The notes under the pieces are model-generated. The model had not been told where the DNA came from. It did not search any database and was given only the letters and a program-made list of their open reading frames with translations. Of a stretch of DNA of 64,000 nt, positions 1 through 13,241 are shown piece after piece (positions within the stretch are counted from its first letter, which is position 1; the number at the start of each line of letters is the position of its first letter). The stretch is taken from contig OZ024764.1 of NCBI GenBank assembly GCA_964016885.1, positions 25,482,001 to 25,546,000 of the forward strand, given 5' to 3'. This DNA comes from Eledone cirrhosa. Taxonomy: Eukaryota. Position numbers and translations under genes: made by a program.

Positions 1-3000
1 GAAAAGAGAAGACAAAAGACAGAAGACTGAAGAGAGAAGACAAATGAGAGAAGATAGAAGAGAGAAGACAGGAGAAGACAGAAGAGAGAAGACAGAAGAC
101 TGAAGAGAGAAGACAGAAGACTGAATAGAGAAGACTGAAGAGTGAAGACAGAAGAGAGAAGACAGAAGTGAGAAGACAGAAGAGGGAAGACAGAAGATAG
201 AAGACAAAAGAGAGAAGACAGAAGACTGAAGAGAGAAGACAGATGAGAGAAGACAGAAGAGAGAAGACTGAAGAGAGAAAACAGTAGAGAGAAGAGAGAA
301 GGCTGAGCAAAAAGACAGAAGAGAGAAAACAGAAGAGAGAAGAGTGAAGAGAGAAGAGTGAAGAGAGATGAGAGAAGACAGAAAAGAGAAGACAGAACAC
401 AGAAGTGAGAAGACAGAAGAGAGAAGAGGTAAGACAGAAGAGAGAAGATTGAAGAGAGAAGACAGAACAGAGAAGTGAGAAGGGAGAAGACAGAATAGAG
501 AAGACACAAGAGAGAAGACATGAGAGAGAAAAGCGAAGAGAGAAGAGAGAAGACAGAAGAGAGAAGACTGAAGAGAGAAGACAGAAGGGAGAAGACTGAA
601 GAGAGAAGACAGAAGGGAGAAGACAGAACAGAGAAGATAGAAGACAGAAGACTGAATAGAGAAGACAGAAGAGGGAAGACAGAAGACATAAGAGAGAAGA
701 CTGAAGAGTGAAGACAAGAGAGAAGACAGAAGAGAGAAGACTGAAGAGAGAAGACAGAAGAGAGAAGATAGAAGAGAGATGACAGTAGAGAGAAGAGAGA
801 AGAGAGAAGACAGAAGAGAGAAGACAGAAGAGAGAAGATAGAAGAGAGAAGAATGAAGAGAGAAGACAAAAGAGAGGAGACAGAAGAGAGAAGACAGATG
901 AGAGAAGACAGAAGAGAGAAGACTGATGAGAGAAGACAGAAGACAGAAGACTGAAGAGAGAAGACAGAAGACTGAATAGAGAAGACAGAGGAGAGAAGAC
1001 AGAAAAGAGAAGACTGAAGAGAGAAGACAGAAGAGAGAAGACAGAAGAGAGAAGAGAGAAGACAGAAGAGAGAAGACAGAAGACAAAAGAGAGAAGACAG
1101 AAGAGAGAAGACTGAAGAGAGAAGACAGAAGAGAGAAGACTGAAGAGAGAAGACTGAAGGGAGAAGACTGATGAGCGAAGACTGAAGTGAGAAGACTGAT
1201 GAGCGAAGACTGAAGAGAGAAGACTGAAGAGAGAAGACAGAAGAGAGAAGACAGAAGAGAGAAGACAGAAGAGAGAAGACAGAAGAGAGAAGAGAGAAGA
1301 CAGAAGAGAGAAGACAGAAGACAAAAGAGAGAAGACAGAAGAGAGAAGACAGAAGAGAGAAGACAGAAAAGAGAAGACTGAAGAGAGAAGACTGAAGAGA
1401 GAAGACTGAAGAGAGAAGACAGAAAAGAGAAGACAGAAGAGAGAAGACTGAAGAGAGAAGACAGAAGAGAGAAGACAGAAGAGAGAAGACAGAAGAGAGA
1501 AGACAGAAGAGAGAAGACTGAAGAGAGAAGACTGAAGAGAGAAGATAGAAGAGAGAAGACAGAAGACAAAAGAGAGAAGACTGAAGAGAGAAGACAGAAG
1601 AGAGAAGACAGAAGAGAGAAGACTGAAGAGAGAAGACTGAAGGGAGAAGACTGATGAGCGAAGACTGAAGAGAGAAGACTGAAGAGAGAAGACAGAAGAG
1701 AGAAGACAGAAGAGAGAAGAGAGAAGACAGAAGACAGAAGAGAGAAGATAGAAGAGAGAAGACTGAAGAGAGAAGACTGAAGAGAGAAGACAGAAGAGAG
1801 AAGACAGAAGAGAGAAGACAGAAGAGAGAAGACTGAAGAGAGAAGACTGAAGGGAGAAGACTGATGAGCGAAGACTGAAGAGAGAAGACTGAAGAGAGAA
1901 GACAGAAGAGAGAAGACAGAAGAGAGAAGAGAGAAGACAGAAGACAGAAGAGAGAAGATAGAAGAGAGAAGACTGAAGAGAGAAGACTGAAGAGAGAAGA
2001 CAGAAGAGAGAAGACAGAAGAGAGAAGACAGAAGAGAAAAGACAAGACAGAGAAGACAGAACAGAGAAGACAGAACAGAGCAGACTGAAGAGAGAAGACA
2101 GAAGAGAGAAGATAGAAGAGAGAAAACAGAAGAGAGAAGACAGAAGAGAGAAGACAGAAGAGAGAAGACAGAAGAGAGAAGACTGAAGAGAGAAGACAGA
2201 AGAGAGAAGACAGAAGAGAGAAGACAGAAGAGAGAAGACAGAAGAGAGAAGACAGAAGAGAGAAGACAGAAGAGAGAAGATAGAAGAGAGAAAACAGAAG
2301 AGAGAAGACAGAAGAGAGAAGACAGAAGAGAGAAGACAGAAGAGAGAAGACAGAAGAGAGAAGAACGAAGAGAGAAGACTGAAGGGAGAAGACAGAAGAG
2401 AGAAGACAGAAGAGAGAAGACAGAAGAGAGAAGACAGAAGAGAGAAGACAGAAGAGAGAAGACTGAAGAGAGAAAACTAAAGGGAGAAGACTGATGAGCG
2501 AAGATTGAAGAGAGAAGACTGAAGAGAGAAGACAGAAGAGAGAAGACAGAAGAGAGAAGAGAGAAGACAGAAGAGAGAAGACAGAAGAGAGAAGACTGAT
2601 GAGCGAAGACTGAAGAGAGAAGACTGAAGAGAGAAGACAGAAGAGAGAAGACTGAAGAGAGAAGACAGAAGAGAGAAGACAGAAGAGAGAAGACAGAAGA
2701 GAGAAGACAGAAGAGAGAAGACAGAAGAGAGAAGACAGAAGAGAGAAGACTGAAGAGAGAAGACTGAAGAGAGAAGACTGAAGGGAGAAGACAGAAGAGA
2801 GAAGACAGAAGAGAGAAGACAGAAGAGAGAAGAGAGAAGACAGAAGAGAGAAGACAGAAGACAAAAGAGAGAAGACAGAAGAGAGAAGACTGAAGAGAGA
2901 AGACAGAAGAGAGAAGACTGAAGAGAGAAGACTGAAGGGAGAAGACTGATGAGCGAAGACTGAAGTGAGAAGACTGATGAGCGAAGACTGAAGAGAGAAG

Positions 3001-6000
3001 ACTGAAGAGAGAAGACAGAAGAGAGAAGACAGAAGAGAGAAGACAGAAGAGAGAAGACAGAAGAGAGAAGAGAGAAGACAGAAGAGAGAAGACAGAAGAC
3101 AAAAGAGAGAAGACAGAAGAGAGAAGACAGAAGAGAGAAGACTGAAGAGAGAAGATAGAAGAGAGAAGACAGAAGACAAAAGAGAGAAGACTGAAGAGAG
3201 AAGACAGAAGAGAGAAGACAGAAGAGAGAAGACTGAAGAGAGAAGACTGAAGGGAGAAGACTGATGAGCGAAGACTGAAGAGAGAAGACTGAAGAGAGAA
3301 GACAGAAGAGAGAAGACAGAAGAGAGAAGAGAGAAGACAGAAGACAGAAGAGAGAAGATAGAAGAGAGAAGACTGAAGAGAGAAGACTGAAGAGAGAAGA
3401 CAGAAGAGAGAAGACAGAAGAGAGAAGACAGAAGACAGAAGAGACAAGACAGAAGACAGAAGAGAGAAGACTAAAGAGAAAAGACAGAAGAGAGAAGACT
3501 GAAGAGAGAAGACAGAAGAGAGAAGAGAGAAGATTGAAGAGAGAAGACTTTAGAGAGAAAACAGAAGAGAGAAGACAGGGGAGAGAAGAGAGAAGACTGA
3601 AGAGAAAAGACAGAAGAGAGAAGGCAGAAGAGAGAATGAAGAGAAGAAGAGAGAAGACAGAAGAGAGAAAACAGAAGAGAGAAGACAGGGGATAGAAGAG
3701 AGAAGAGAGAAGACTGAAGAGAAAAGACAGAAGAGAGAAGGCAGAAGAGAGAAGAGAGAAGAGAGAAGAGAAAAGACAGAAGAGAGAAGAAAGACGACAG
3801 AAGAGAGAAGACAGAAGAGAAAAGACAGAAGAGAGAAGAGAGAAGACAGAAGACAGAAGAGAGAAGCCTGAAGAGTGGAGACTGAAGAGAGAAGACTGAA
3901 GAGAGAAGACAGAAGAGGAAAGACAGAAGACAGAAGAGAGAATACTGAAGAGAGGAGCCACAATAGAGAAGACAGAAGAGAGAAGACTGAAGAGAGAAGA
4001 CAGCAGAGAGAAGACAGAAGAGAGAAGACAGAAAAGAGAAGACAAAAGACAGAAGACTGAAGAGAGAAGACAAATGAGAGAAGATAGAAGAGAGAAGACA
4101 GGAGAAGACAGAAGAGAGAAGACAGAAGACTGAAGAGAGAAGACAGAAGACTGAATAGAGAAGACTGAAGAGTGAAGACAGAAGAGAGAAGACAGAAGTG
4201 AGAAGACAGAAGAGGGAAGACAGAAGATAGAAGACAAAAGAGAGAAGACAGAAGACTGAAGAGAGAAGACAGATGAGAGAAGACAGAAGAGAGAAGACTG
4301 AAGAGAGAAAACAGTAGAGAGAAGAGAGAAGGCTGAGCAAAAAGACAGAAGAGAGAAAACAGAAGAGAGAAGAGTGAAGAGAGAAGAGTGAAGAGAGATG
4401 AGAGAAGACAGAAAAGAGAAGACAGAACACAGAAGTGAGAAGACAGAAGAGAGAAGAGGTAAGACAGAAGAGAGAAGATTGAAGAGAGAAGACAGAACAG
4501 AGAAGTGAGAAGGGAGAAGACAGAATAGAGAAGACACAAGAGAGAAGACATGAGAGAGAAAAGCGAAGAGAGAAGAGAGAAGACAGAAGAGAGAAGACTG
4601 AAGAGAGAAGACAGAAGGGAGAAGACTGAAGAGAGAAGACAGAAGGGAGAAGACAGAACAGAGAAGATAGAAGACAGAAGACTGAATAGAGAAGACAGAA
4701 GAGGGAAGACAGAAGACATAAGAGAGAAGACTGAAGAGTGAAGACAAGAGAGAAGACAGAAGAGAGAAGACTGAAGAGAGAAGACAGAAGAGAGAAGATA
4801 GAAGAGAGATGACAGTAGAGAGAAGAGAGAAGAGAGAAGACAGAAGAGAGAAGACAGAAGAGAGAAGATAGAAGAGAGAAGAATGAAGAGAGAAGACAAA
4901 AGAGAGGAGACAGAAGAGAGAAGACAGATGAGAGAAGACAGAAGAGAGAAGACTGATGAGAGAAGACAGAAGACAGAAGACTGAAGAGAGAAGACAGAAG
5001 ACTGAATAGAGAAGACAGAGGAGAGAAGACAGAAAAGAGAAGACTGAAGAGAGAAGACAGAAGAGAGAAGACAGAAGAGAGAAGAGAGAAGACAGAAGAG
5101 AGAAGACAGAAGACAAAAGAGAGAAGACAGAAGAGAGAAGACTGAAGAGAGAAGACAGAAGAGAGAAGACTGAAGAGAGAAGACTGAAGGGAGAAGACTG
5201 ATGAGCGAAGACTGAAGTGAGAAGACTGATGAGCGAAGACTGAAGAGAGAAGACTGAAGAGAGAAGACAGAAGAGAGAAGACAGAAGAGAGAAGACAGAA
5301 GAGAGAAGACAGAAGAGAGAAGAGAGAAGACAGAAGAGAGAAGACAGAAGACAAAAGAGAGAAGACAGAAGAGAGAAGACAGAAGAGAGAAGACAGAAAA
5401 GAGAAGACTGAAGAGAGAAGACTGAAGAGAGAAGACTGAAGAGAGAAGACAGAAAAGAGAAGACAGAAGAGAGAAGACTGAAGAGAGAAGACAGAAGAGA
5501 GAAGACAGAAGAGAGAAGACAGAAGAGAGAAGACAGAAGAGAGAAGACTGAAGAGAGAAGACTGAAGAGAGAAGACAGAAGAGAGAAGACAGAAGAGAGA
5601 AGACAGAAGAGAGAAGACTGAAGAGAGAAGACTGAAGGGAGAAGACTGATGAGCGAAGACTGAAGAGAGAAGACTGAAGAGAGAAGACAGAAGAGAGAAG
5701 ACAGAAGAGAGAAGAGAGAAGACAGAAGACAGAAGAGAGAAGATAGAAGAGAGAAGACTGAAGAGAGAAGACTGAAGAGAGAAGACAGAAGAGAGAAGAC
5801 AGAAGAGAGAAGACAGAAGAGAAAAGACAAGACAGAGAAGACAGAACAGAGAAGACAGAACAGAGCAGACTGAAGAGAGAAGACAGAAGAGAGAAGATAG
5901 AAGAGAGAAAACAGAAGAGAGAAGACAGAAGAGAGAAGACAGAAGAGAGAAGACAGAAGAGAGAAGACTGAAGAGAGAAGACAGAAGAGAGAAGACAGAA

Positions 6001-9000
6001 GAGAGAAGACAGAAGAGAGAAGACAGAAGAGAGAAGACAGAAGAGAGAAGACAGAAGAGAGAAGATAGAAGAGAGAAAACAGAAGAGAGAAGACAGAAGA
6101 GAGAAGACAGAAGAGAGAAGACAGAAGAGAGAAGACAGAAGAGAGAAGAACGAAGAGAGAAGACTGAAGGGAGAAGACAGAAGAGAGAAGACAGAAGAGA
6201 GAAGACAGAAGAGAGAAGACAGAAGAGAGAAGACTGAAGAGAGAAAACTAAAGGGAGAAGACTGATGAGCGAAGATTGAAGAGAGAAGACTGAAGAGAGA
6301 AGACAGAAGAGAGAAGACAGAAGAGAGAAGAGAGAAGACAGAAGAGAGAAGACAGAAGAGAGAAGACTGATGAGCGAAGACTGAAGAGAGAAGACTGAAG
6401 AGAGAAGACAGAAGAGAGAAGACTGAAGAGAGAAGACAGAAGAGAGAAGACAGAAGAGAGAAGACAGAAGAGAGAAGACAGAAGAGAGAAGACAGAAGAG
6501 AGAAGACAGAAGAGAGAAGACTGAAGAGAGAAGACTGAAGAGAGAAGACTGAAGGGAGAAGACAGAAGAGAGAAGACAGAAGAGAGAAGACAGAAGAGAG
6601 AAGAGAGAAGACAGAAGAGAGAAGACAGAAGACAAAAGAGAGAAGACAGAAGAGAGAAGACTGAAGAGAGAAGACAGAAGAGAGAAGACTGAAGAGAGAA
6701 GACTGAAGGGAGAAGACTGATGAGCGAAGACTGAAGTGAGAAGACTGATGAGCGAAGACTGAAGAGAGAAGACTGAAGAGAGAAGACAGAAGAGAGAAGA
6801 CAGAAGAGAGAAGACAGAAGAGAGAAGACAGAAGAGAGAAGAGAGAAGACAGAAGAGAGAAGACAGAAGACAAAAGAGAGAAGACAGAAGAGAGAAGACA
6901 GAAGAGAGAAGACTGAAGAGAGAAGATAGAAGAGAGAAGACAGAAGACAAAAGAGAGAAGACTGAAGAGAGAAGACAGAAGAGAGAAGACAGAAGAGAGA
7001 AGACTGAAGAGAGAAGACTGAAGGGAGAAGACTGATGAGCGAAGACTGAAGAGAGAAGACTGAAGAGAGAAGACAGAAGAGAGAAGACAGAAGAGAGAAG
7101 AGAGAAGACAGAAGACAGAAGAGAGAAGATAGAAGAGAGAAGACTGAAGAGAGAAGACTGAAGAGAGAAGACAGAAGAGAGAAGACAGAAGAGAGAAGAC
7201 AGAAGACAGAAGAGACAAGACAGAAGACAGAAGAGAGAAGACTAAAGAGAAAAGACAGAAGAGAGAAGACTGAAGAGAGAAGACAGAAGAGAGAAGAGAG
7301 AAGATTGAAGAGAGAAGACTTTAGAGAGAAAACAGAAGAGAGAAGACAGGGGAGAGAAGAGAGAAGACTGAAGAGAAAAGACAGAAGAGAGAAGGCAGAA
7401 GAGAGAATGAAGAGAAGAAGAGAGAAGACAGAAGAGAGAAAACAGAAGAGAGAAGACAGGGGATAGAAGAGAGAAGAGAGAAGACTGAAGAGAAAAGACA
7501 GAAGAGAGAAGGCAGAAGAGAGAAGAGAGAAGAGAGAAGAGAAAAGACAGAAGAGAGAAGAAAGACGACAGAAGAGAGAAGACAGAAGAGAAAAGACAGA
7601 AGAGAGAAGAGAGAAGACAGAAGACAGAAGAGAGAAGCCTGAAGAGTGGAGACTGAAGAGAGAAGACTGAAGAGAGAAGACAGAAGAGGAAAGACAGAAG
7701 ACAGAAGAGAGAATACTGAAGAGAGGAGCCACAATAGAGAAGACAGAAGAGAGAAGACTGAAGAGAGAAGACAGCAGAGAGAAGACAGAAGAGAGAAGAC
7801 AGAAAAGAGAAGACAAAAGACAGAAGACTGAAGAGAGAAGACAAATGAGAGAAGATAGAAGAGAGAAGACAGGAGAAGACAGAAGAGAGAAGACAGAAGA
7901 CTGAAGAGAGAAGACAGAAGACTGAATAGAGAAGACTGAAGAGTGAAGACAGAAGAGAGAAGACAGAAGTGAGAAGACAGAAGAGGGAAGACAGAAGATA
8001 GAAGACAAAAGAGAGAAGACAGAAGACTGAAGAGAGAAGACAGATGAGAGAAGACAGAAGAGAGAAGACTGAAGAGAGAAAACAGTAGAGAGAAGAGAGA
8101 AGGCTGAGCAAAAAGACAGAAGAGAGAAAACAGAAGAGAGAAGAGTGAAGAGAGAAGAGTGAAGAGAGATGAGAGAAGACAGAAAAGAGAAGACAGAACA
8201 CAGAAGTGAGAAGACAGAAGAGAGAAGAGGTAAGACAGAAGAGAGAAGATTGAAGAGAGAAGACAGAACAGAGAAGTGAGAAGGGAGAAGACAGAATAGA
8301 GAAGACACAAGAGAGAAGACATGAGAGAGAAAAGCGAAGAGAGAAGAGAGAAGACAGAAGAGAGAAGACTGAAGAGAGAAGACAGAAGGGAGAAGACTGA
8401 AGAGAGAAGACAGAAGGGAGAAGACAGAACAGAGAAGATAGAAGACAGAAGACTGAATAGAGAAGACAGAAGAGGGAAGACAGAAGACATAAGAGAGAAG
8501 ACTGAAGAGTGAAGACAAGAGAGAAGACAGAAGAGAGAAGACTGAAGAGAGAAGACAGAAGAGAGAAGATAGAAGAGAGATGACAGTAGAGAGAAGAGAG
8601 AAGAGAGAAGACAGAAGAGAGAAGACAGAAGAGAGAAGATAGAAGAGAGAAGAATGAAGAGAGAAGACAAAAGAGAGGAGACAGAAGAGAGAAGACAGAT
8701 GAGAGAAGACAGAAGAGAGAAGACTGATGAGAGAAGACAGAAGACAGAAGACTGAAGAGAGAAGACAGAAGACTGAATAGAGAAGACAGAGGAGAGAAGA
8801 CAGAAAAGAGAAGACTGAAGAGAGAAGACAGAAGAGAGAAGACAGAAGAGAGAAGAGAGAAGACAGAAGAGAGAAGACAGAAGACAAAAGAGAGAAGACA
8901 GAAGAGAGAAGACTGAAGAGAGAAGACAGAAGAGAGAAGACTGAAGAGAGAAGACTGAAGGGAGAAGACTGATGAGCGAAGACTGAAGTGAGAAGACTGA

Positions 9001-11323
9001 TGAGCGAAGACTGAAGAGAGAAGACTGAAGAGAGAAGACAGAAGAGAGAAGACAGAAGAGAGAAGACAGAAGAGAGAAGACAGAAGAGAGAAGAGAGAAG
9101 ACAGAAGAGAGAAGACAGAAGACAAAAGAGAGAAGACAGAAGAGAGAAGACAGAAGAGAGAAGACAGAAAAGAGAAGACTGAAGAGAGAAGACTGAAGAG
9201 AGAAGACTGAAGAGAGAAGACAGAAAAGAGAAGACAGAAGAGAGAAGACTGAAGAGAGAAGACAGAAGAGAGAAGACAGAAGAGAGAAGACAGAAGAGAG
9301 AAGACAGAAGAGAGAAGACTGAAGAGAGAAGACTGAAGAGAGAAGATAGAAGAGAGAAGACAGAAGACAAAAGAGAGAAGACTGAAGAGAGAAGACAGAA
9401 GAGAGAAGACAGAAGAGAGAAGACTGAAGAGAGAAGACTGAAGGGAGAAGACTGATGAGCGAAGACTGAAGAGAGAAGACTGAAGAGAGAAGACAGAAGA
9501 GAGAAGACAGAAGAGAGAAGAGAGAAGACAGAAGACAGAAGAGAGAAGATAGAAGAGAGAAGACTGAAGAGAGAAGACTGAAGAGAGAAGACAGAAGAGA
9601 GAAGACAGAAGAGAGAAGACAGAAGAGAGAAGACTGAAGAGAGAAGACTGAAGGGAGAAGACTGATGAGCGAAGACTGAAGAGAGAAGACTGAAGAGAGA
9701 AGACAGAAGAGAGAAGACAGAAGAGAGAAGAGAGAAGACAGAAGACAGAAGAGAGAAGATAGAAGAGAGAAGACTGAAGAGAGAAGACTGAAGAGAGAAG
9801 ACAGAAGAGAGAAGACAGAAGAGAGAAGACAGAAGAGAAAAGACAAGACAGAGAAGACAGAACAGAGAAGACAGAACAGAGCAGACTGAAGAGAGAAGAC
9901 AGAAGAGAGAAGATAGAAGAGAGAAAACAGAAGAGAGAAGACAGAAGAGAGAAGACAGAAGAGAGAAGACAGAAGAGAGAAGACTGAAGAGAGAAGACAG
10001 AAGAGAGAAGACAGAAGAGAGAAGACAGAAGAGAGAAGACAGAAGAGAGAAGACAGAAGAGAGAAGACAGAAGAGAGAAGATAGAAGAGAGAAAACAGAA
10101 GAGAGAAGACAGAAGAGAGAAGACAGAAGAGAGAAGACAGAAGAGAGAAGACAGAAGAGAGAAGAACGAAGAGAGAAGACTGAAGGGAGAAGACAGAAGA
10201 GAGAAGACAGAAGAGAGAAGACAGAAGAGAGAAGACAGAAGAGAGAAGACTGAAGAGAGAAAACTAAAGGGAGAAGACTGATGAGCGAAGATTGAAGAGA
10301 GAAGACTGAAGAGAGAAGACAGAAGAGAGAAGACAGAAGAGAGAAGAGAGAAGACAGAAGAGAGAAGACAGAAGAGAGAAGACTGATGAGCGAAGACTGA
10401 AGAGAGAAGACTGAAGAGAGAAGACAGAAGAGAGAAGACTGAAGAGAGAAGACAGAAGAGAGAAGACAGAAGAGAGAAGACAGAAGAGAGAAGACAGAAG
10501 AGAGAAGACAGAAGAGAGAAGACAGAAGAGAGAAGACTGAAGAGAGAAGACTGAAGAGAGAAGACTGAAGGGAGAAGACAGAAGAGAGAAGACAGAAGAG
10601 AGAAGACAGAAGAGAGAAGAGAGAAGACAGAAGAGAGAAGACAGAAGACAAAAGAGAGAAGACAGAAGAGAGAAGACTGAAGAGAGAAGACAGAAGAGAG
10701 AAGACTGAAGAGAGAAGACTGAAGGGAGAAGACTGATGAGCGAAGACTGAAGTGAGAAGACTGATGAGCGAAGACTGAAGAGAGAAGACTGAAGAGAGAA
10801 GACAGAAGAGAGAAGACAGAAGAGAGAAGACAGAAGAGAGAAGACAGAAGAGAGAAGAGAGAAGACAGAAGAGAGAAGACAGAAGACAAAAGAGAGAAGA
10901 CAGAAGAGAGAAGACAGAAGAGAGAAGACAGAAAAGAGAAGACTGAAGAGAGAAGACTGAAGAGAGAAGACAGAAGAGAGAAGACAGAAGAGAGAAGACT
11001 GAAGAGAGAAGACTGAAGAGAGAAGATAGAAGAGAGAAGACAGAAGACAAAAGAGAGAAGACTGAAGAGAGAAGACAGAAGAGAGAAGACAGAAGAGAGA
11101 AGACTGAAGAGAGAAGACTGAAGGGAGAAGACTGATGAGCGAAGACTGAAGAGAGAAGACTGAAGAGAGAAGACAGAAGAGAGAAGACAGAAGAGAGAAG
11201 AGAGAAGACAGAAGACAGAAGAGAGAAGATAGAAGAGAGAAGACTGAAGAGAGAAGACTGAAGAGAGAAGACAGAAGAGAGAAGACAGAAGAGAGAAGAC
11301 AGAAGACAGAAGAGAGAAGACTC
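1..11323 (+). repeat. Purine-strand 7-mer satellite (GAAGAGA/GAAGACA/GAAGACT) with higher-order duplications
   Basis: Continuous 7-bp periodicity. Identical diverged landmarks recur at 520/4550/8321 and 3875/7646 (spacings 4030 and 3771 bp). Confidence 0.97.
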
Positions 11324-11469
11324 AATGTAGAATATGGAAAAAGACAACAAATGACAGAACATGACTGAAAATAGAAGAGACAGAAGAGGATTGGAGATAA
11401 AAGAGATGACAGATGCTTGAAGATGAGCAGGTTAAAAGAAAAGAAGCTACGTAAAATAAAGCAGTATAC

Positions 11470-11665
11470 TTTTGTGATTGAGATATTGGTAGCAGTGGGA
11501 CAGATGGTTGCAGGGGTGCTCTCCAACAACAAGGTCATCAAGGTCGGACAGCTTAATTTGGTCACCAATCACCACAAAGTCTTCACTCTTTAGCTTCAGT
11601 ATCCGCAGACTACCCAGGGGTGTGTGGCTGAGGTAGTTGATGATGGACGAGATTTGATAGATGAC
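11470..11665 (-). CDS. PKDCC: PKDCC/VLK-like gene, next coding exon (catalytic loop and metal-binding DLDD motif)
   Basis: Acceptor TTTCCTTTCTTCCACAG|GTC (AG at 11667-11666). Phase-0 translation VIYQISSIINYLSHTPLGSLRILKLKSEDFVVIGDQIKLSDLDDLVVGEHPCNHLSHCYQYLNHK matches PKDCC [44 protein letters not shown]..E.PC. The donor is uncertain: GTATAC at 11469 or GTAGCT ~19 nt further. Confidence 0.85.
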
Positions 11666-12266
11666 CTGTGGAAGAAAGGAAAATGGTTAATGATGGAGAG
11701 TGTTCTTAGGCCCCATTCGTTCATGGCTGACCCTGGGTTTTCACCTAGCTCCTCTCCTACACACAAGCCTTGGCAACGTGTTTGTTTGTGGAAGACCAGC
11801 AGTTTCCCATACCAGTCTCCCTTTCCACGCCAGCAATCATATCCAAGAGAAAGGCAAAGACCGATACAGCTTGGTATCAGTGACTTCTTCACCCACTCAT
11901 TCCTGGGAAGGTTGTTGGAGCAGCATCTTCAAACACTCCTAACAGGAAGCAACCATCTCTAATTGATCCCGGTGGATCCCCAAGGAAGACCAGCTAAGCT
12001 CATAGATGTTATGCATGCTACAAGTGGAGATGGTGTTTTAGTAGTTGTAGTGGTGGCAGTGGAGTGGTGGTGATAGTGATGGTGGTGCAGTAGATACCTC
12101 ACCACCAACAACAACAACCAGCACAAACTCCACCAACACCATACAACAGCTGAAGGCTAAAACAAACAACAATTTACAATGGGGTCTTATTTAACTGCAA
12201 GTTGTAGCTTGAACAAGGAAAACAACATATCTATATATGTATATATGTATATATATATGTATATTA

Positions 12267-12780
12267 TGTCAGGTCACTCTTGTGTGCTATTGATAACATG
12301 TGACCCAGTACAACTTATCTCATGCTCAGGTCGTTGGCGACTAAAACAACAAGCTTGGTGAGGAGGGTGATATTTGTACACCCTGCGGGAGGAAATACAA
12401 GACCCTGCAAAGGGCAGAGGAACTCAGCAGAGACAAGGACCATCCAAATAGTACTCTTTTTTTTTACCTGGGCATGAAAGGCCCCCAGTTGTTGTCACAA
12501 CACCTTTCTAGGAGAAGGGAAACTCTGAAAAAGAAAACCTGTGGCTTCAGAAGCATCCGATGATGTTGACCAGTTATCCTTTTCTGGTAATGTCTTCGAT
12601 GCTCAGAGAGTGGGATTGGTCGAGTGCAAGGCCTTTCCCCTCTTAAAAAACCTTCAAAGTACAGGCATTGCTTGTTGAGGGACTGTTACAGGTTTGTGTG
12701 GCTGGCCGTAGCCTAAAAGTGCACCAAACTGTATAACCTGACAAGCAATTGCAGCACTCTTAGCAGAGTTTGCAACCATC
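12267..12780 (+). mobile_element. Probable non-autonomous RTE-derived element (5'UTR-like)
   Basis: Unique block between (TA)n tracts containing CTAGGAGAAGGAAAACTCTGA, reminiscent of RTE 5'UTRs; no ORF. Confidence 0.35.
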
Positions 12781-12904
12781 ATGTTTGTATGTATACATGC
12801 ACATGCATACATACATATGTGTATATACACACACACACACATATATATATATAGACATGTATATCAACACAAATATATATATTTGCATATATATATATAT
12901 ATAT

Positions 12905-13095
12905 AATTGTTTCTACTTTTGGCACAAGGCCAGCAATTATCTCAGTGCATTACTGGTACTTTATTTTATCGACCCCGTAAGGATGAAAGGCAAAGTTAAC
13001 CTAGGCGGGATTTGAACTCAGAATGGCAAGGGCCGTAACTCTATGTGTCAAAGCATGGCGTCCAACCCTCTACCGATACTGCCAATTCACCGCCC
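12905..13095 (-). mobile_element. tRNA-derived SINE with Nin/Deu-like central domain
   Basis: A box TGGCAGTATCGG, B box GAGTTCAAATCC, then GCCTTTCATCCTTACGGGGTCGATAAAATAAAGTACCAG; several copies in the window. Confidence 0.8.
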
Positions 13096-13241
13096 TATAT
13101 ATATATATATATGCAAAAGTTTTATTTACTTGTTGTGTTACAACAAGTAAATATTTTATAACTGATATAAAGCACTCGACAAGTTTTTGGAGTAGATATA
13201 CGATATTAAACAAATGGAAACTATATTTATAAAACCATATT

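Noticed and set aside
1168-1210. CTGATGAGCGAA variants in the 7-mer satellite resembling a hammerhead core or C/D boxes
   Set aside because: No stem II, no GAAA-stem III-UH and no pairing arms; one or two substitutions away from the base repeat.
2477-11568. Giant Ser/Leu/Phe/Cys ORFs of up to 1704 aa
   Set aside because: By-product of a stop-poor 7-mer satellite; open in all three minus frames.
11624-11962. Plus-strand ORFs beside the satellite
   Set aside because: No recognisable domain; they overlap the intron/acceptor of the real minus-strand exon.
12270-12360. HDV-like ribozyme at an RTE-type 5' end
   Set aside because: Some pairing (GGTCAC/GTGACC) and a CTAA are present, but I could not build the nested double pseudoknot by eye; needs an RNAmotif search.
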